NCBI RefSeq assembly: GCF_001194135.2
Contig: NC_068984.1
Location: forward strand, 110,261,321 to 110,325,320
DNA length: 64,000 bases
From: Octopus bimaculoides
Taxonomy: Eukaryota
Reading direction: 5' to 3'
The position numbers were made by a program, and so were the translations under genes. The notes below the pieces were generated by a model, which was given only the letters and a program-made list of their open reading frames with translations, was not told the DNA's origin and made no database searches. Positions 62,948 through 64,000 of this stretch are shown one piece after another. Every line of letters begins with the position of its first letter. Within the stretch, counting starts at the first letter, position 1.

Positions 62948-63017
<70 letters not shown>

Positions 63018-63044
63018 GTCTGTCTGTCTGTCACTCTCTCCCTC

Positions 63045-63084
<40 letters not shown>

Positions 63085-63361
63085 CACACACTGCATTTTA
63101 GAGTATTTACCAGTATCATGTGAGTGTATATGTATAGTGCATAGATATGTGTTTGTGTAGAGATATATGTTTATTTCCTTCTCCTTTTGTCTCTCATTCT
63201 ATGCACACACATGCACATATATAATTGCCTACACACACACTCACGCACATATGTATGTGTGTGAGTGTCTGAGTGTGTGTGCATGTATGTGCAAGTAATT
63301 ATATATGTCTATGTGTGTGCATAAAATGAGAGACAGAAGGAGAAGGAAATTAATGTATATA

Positions 63362-63402
<41 letters not shown>

Positions 63403-63479
63403 ATATGTATATGTATGATGTTTATACATTCATATTTATATATCCATATACACACACATACATATGTGTGTGTGTGTCT

Positions 63480-63660
63480 TCATGTGAGATCATAGTTTCA
63501 ATTTCCAGACTGTCCAGTGTGCTGCATTCTTGAGTAAAACACTCTTTTTCATGTTACCCTGTGATCATTTTGACATCTGGTGCATCGCACCACTCAGCAC
63601 CTATACAGGCAATGTGGACTTGTTGGATTGAGTGAACTGATGTGAACATAAACAGTTGAT
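63480..63660 (+). mobile_element. SINE family D, degenerate
   Basis: GAGATCATAGTTTCAATTTCC...TTCTTGAGTAAAACACT. Confidence 0.6.
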
Positions 63661-63756
63661 CACTGTAGAAAATTTACTGATGTGGTTGTTTGATAAGAAA
63701 TTATGGAACCCTCATCTGTTGTTTAACAACAGGAGAATCCATGGGATATATATATA

Positions 63757-63793
<37 letters not shown>

Positions 63794-63815
<22 letters not shown>

Positions 63816-64000
63816 TTATGTTTGACTTTTGTTTTGCATTTGTACAAGTTGGATCCAAGTCTCACCCAGAGACCTCAAGATACAACAAGTTAGAAGTTCA
63901 TGTAGGTGTTATGCCTATGGTACCATATATTTGGATTTGTACAGTTTTGTTCAAGTGAATGTTTAAGAAACCATAAGAAAATTATGTGTTTGCTTTAAAA
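63794..64000 (-). mobile_element. 3' UTR of the same R4-type family as 27481-28550, with (AAT)n tail
   Basis: Reverse complement of 28360-28550 (TTGTACAAGT.GA.TCCAAGTCTCACCCAGAGACCTCAAGA.ACAACAAGTTAGAAGTTCA). TAA array at 63760-63793. Confidence 0.9.

Noticed and set aside
521-63160. Long ORFs of 150-430 aa in the ORF track
   Set aside because: They run through N gaps (poly-X) or di/trinucleotide arrays (YIYI, CVCV, poly-D/E/L/S), so they carry no coding evidence.
1-64000. CRISPR arrays, rRNA genes, prokaryotic operons or an intact transposase/RT gene
   Set aside because: There is no repeat-spacer array, rRNA-like sequence or uninterrupted enzyme ORF, and the DNA is eukaryotic and repeat-derived.

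Overview
AT-rich, microsatellite-dense animal genomic DNA with roughly 10% N gaps, most of them flanked by simple repeats. The tRNA-derived SINE families and the gap pattern suggest a cephalopod, probably an Octopus draft assembly; this is inference from recalled repeat families, not a database result. I cannot recognise any host protein-coding gene. The long ORFs in the track are N-gap or microsatellite artefacts, and the only real protein homologies are decayed transposon pieces: a Tc1 transposase N-terminus, several R4/Dong-type RLE LINE 3' ends embedded in (TAA)n arrays, and several Penelope GIY-YIG relics. Around these lie dozens of SINE copies and several MITE/foldback elements. The most interesting spot is 19.4-20.7 kb. 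There, a 911-bp foldback element with an 8-bp TSD and inward-facing telomeric repeats interrupts a tract of hammerhead-like motifs. One motif (20609-20642) has a complete type I hammerhead ribozyme core inside a perfect 15-bp stem. Further decayed hammerhead motifs sit in Penelope pseudo-LTRs (about 17.5 kb and 58.55 kb). A second notable pattern is repeated nesting of RLE LINEs and a roughly 520-bp non-coding partner element in TAA microsatellites. Splice-site-bounded exon candidates are reported only as low-confidence leads.
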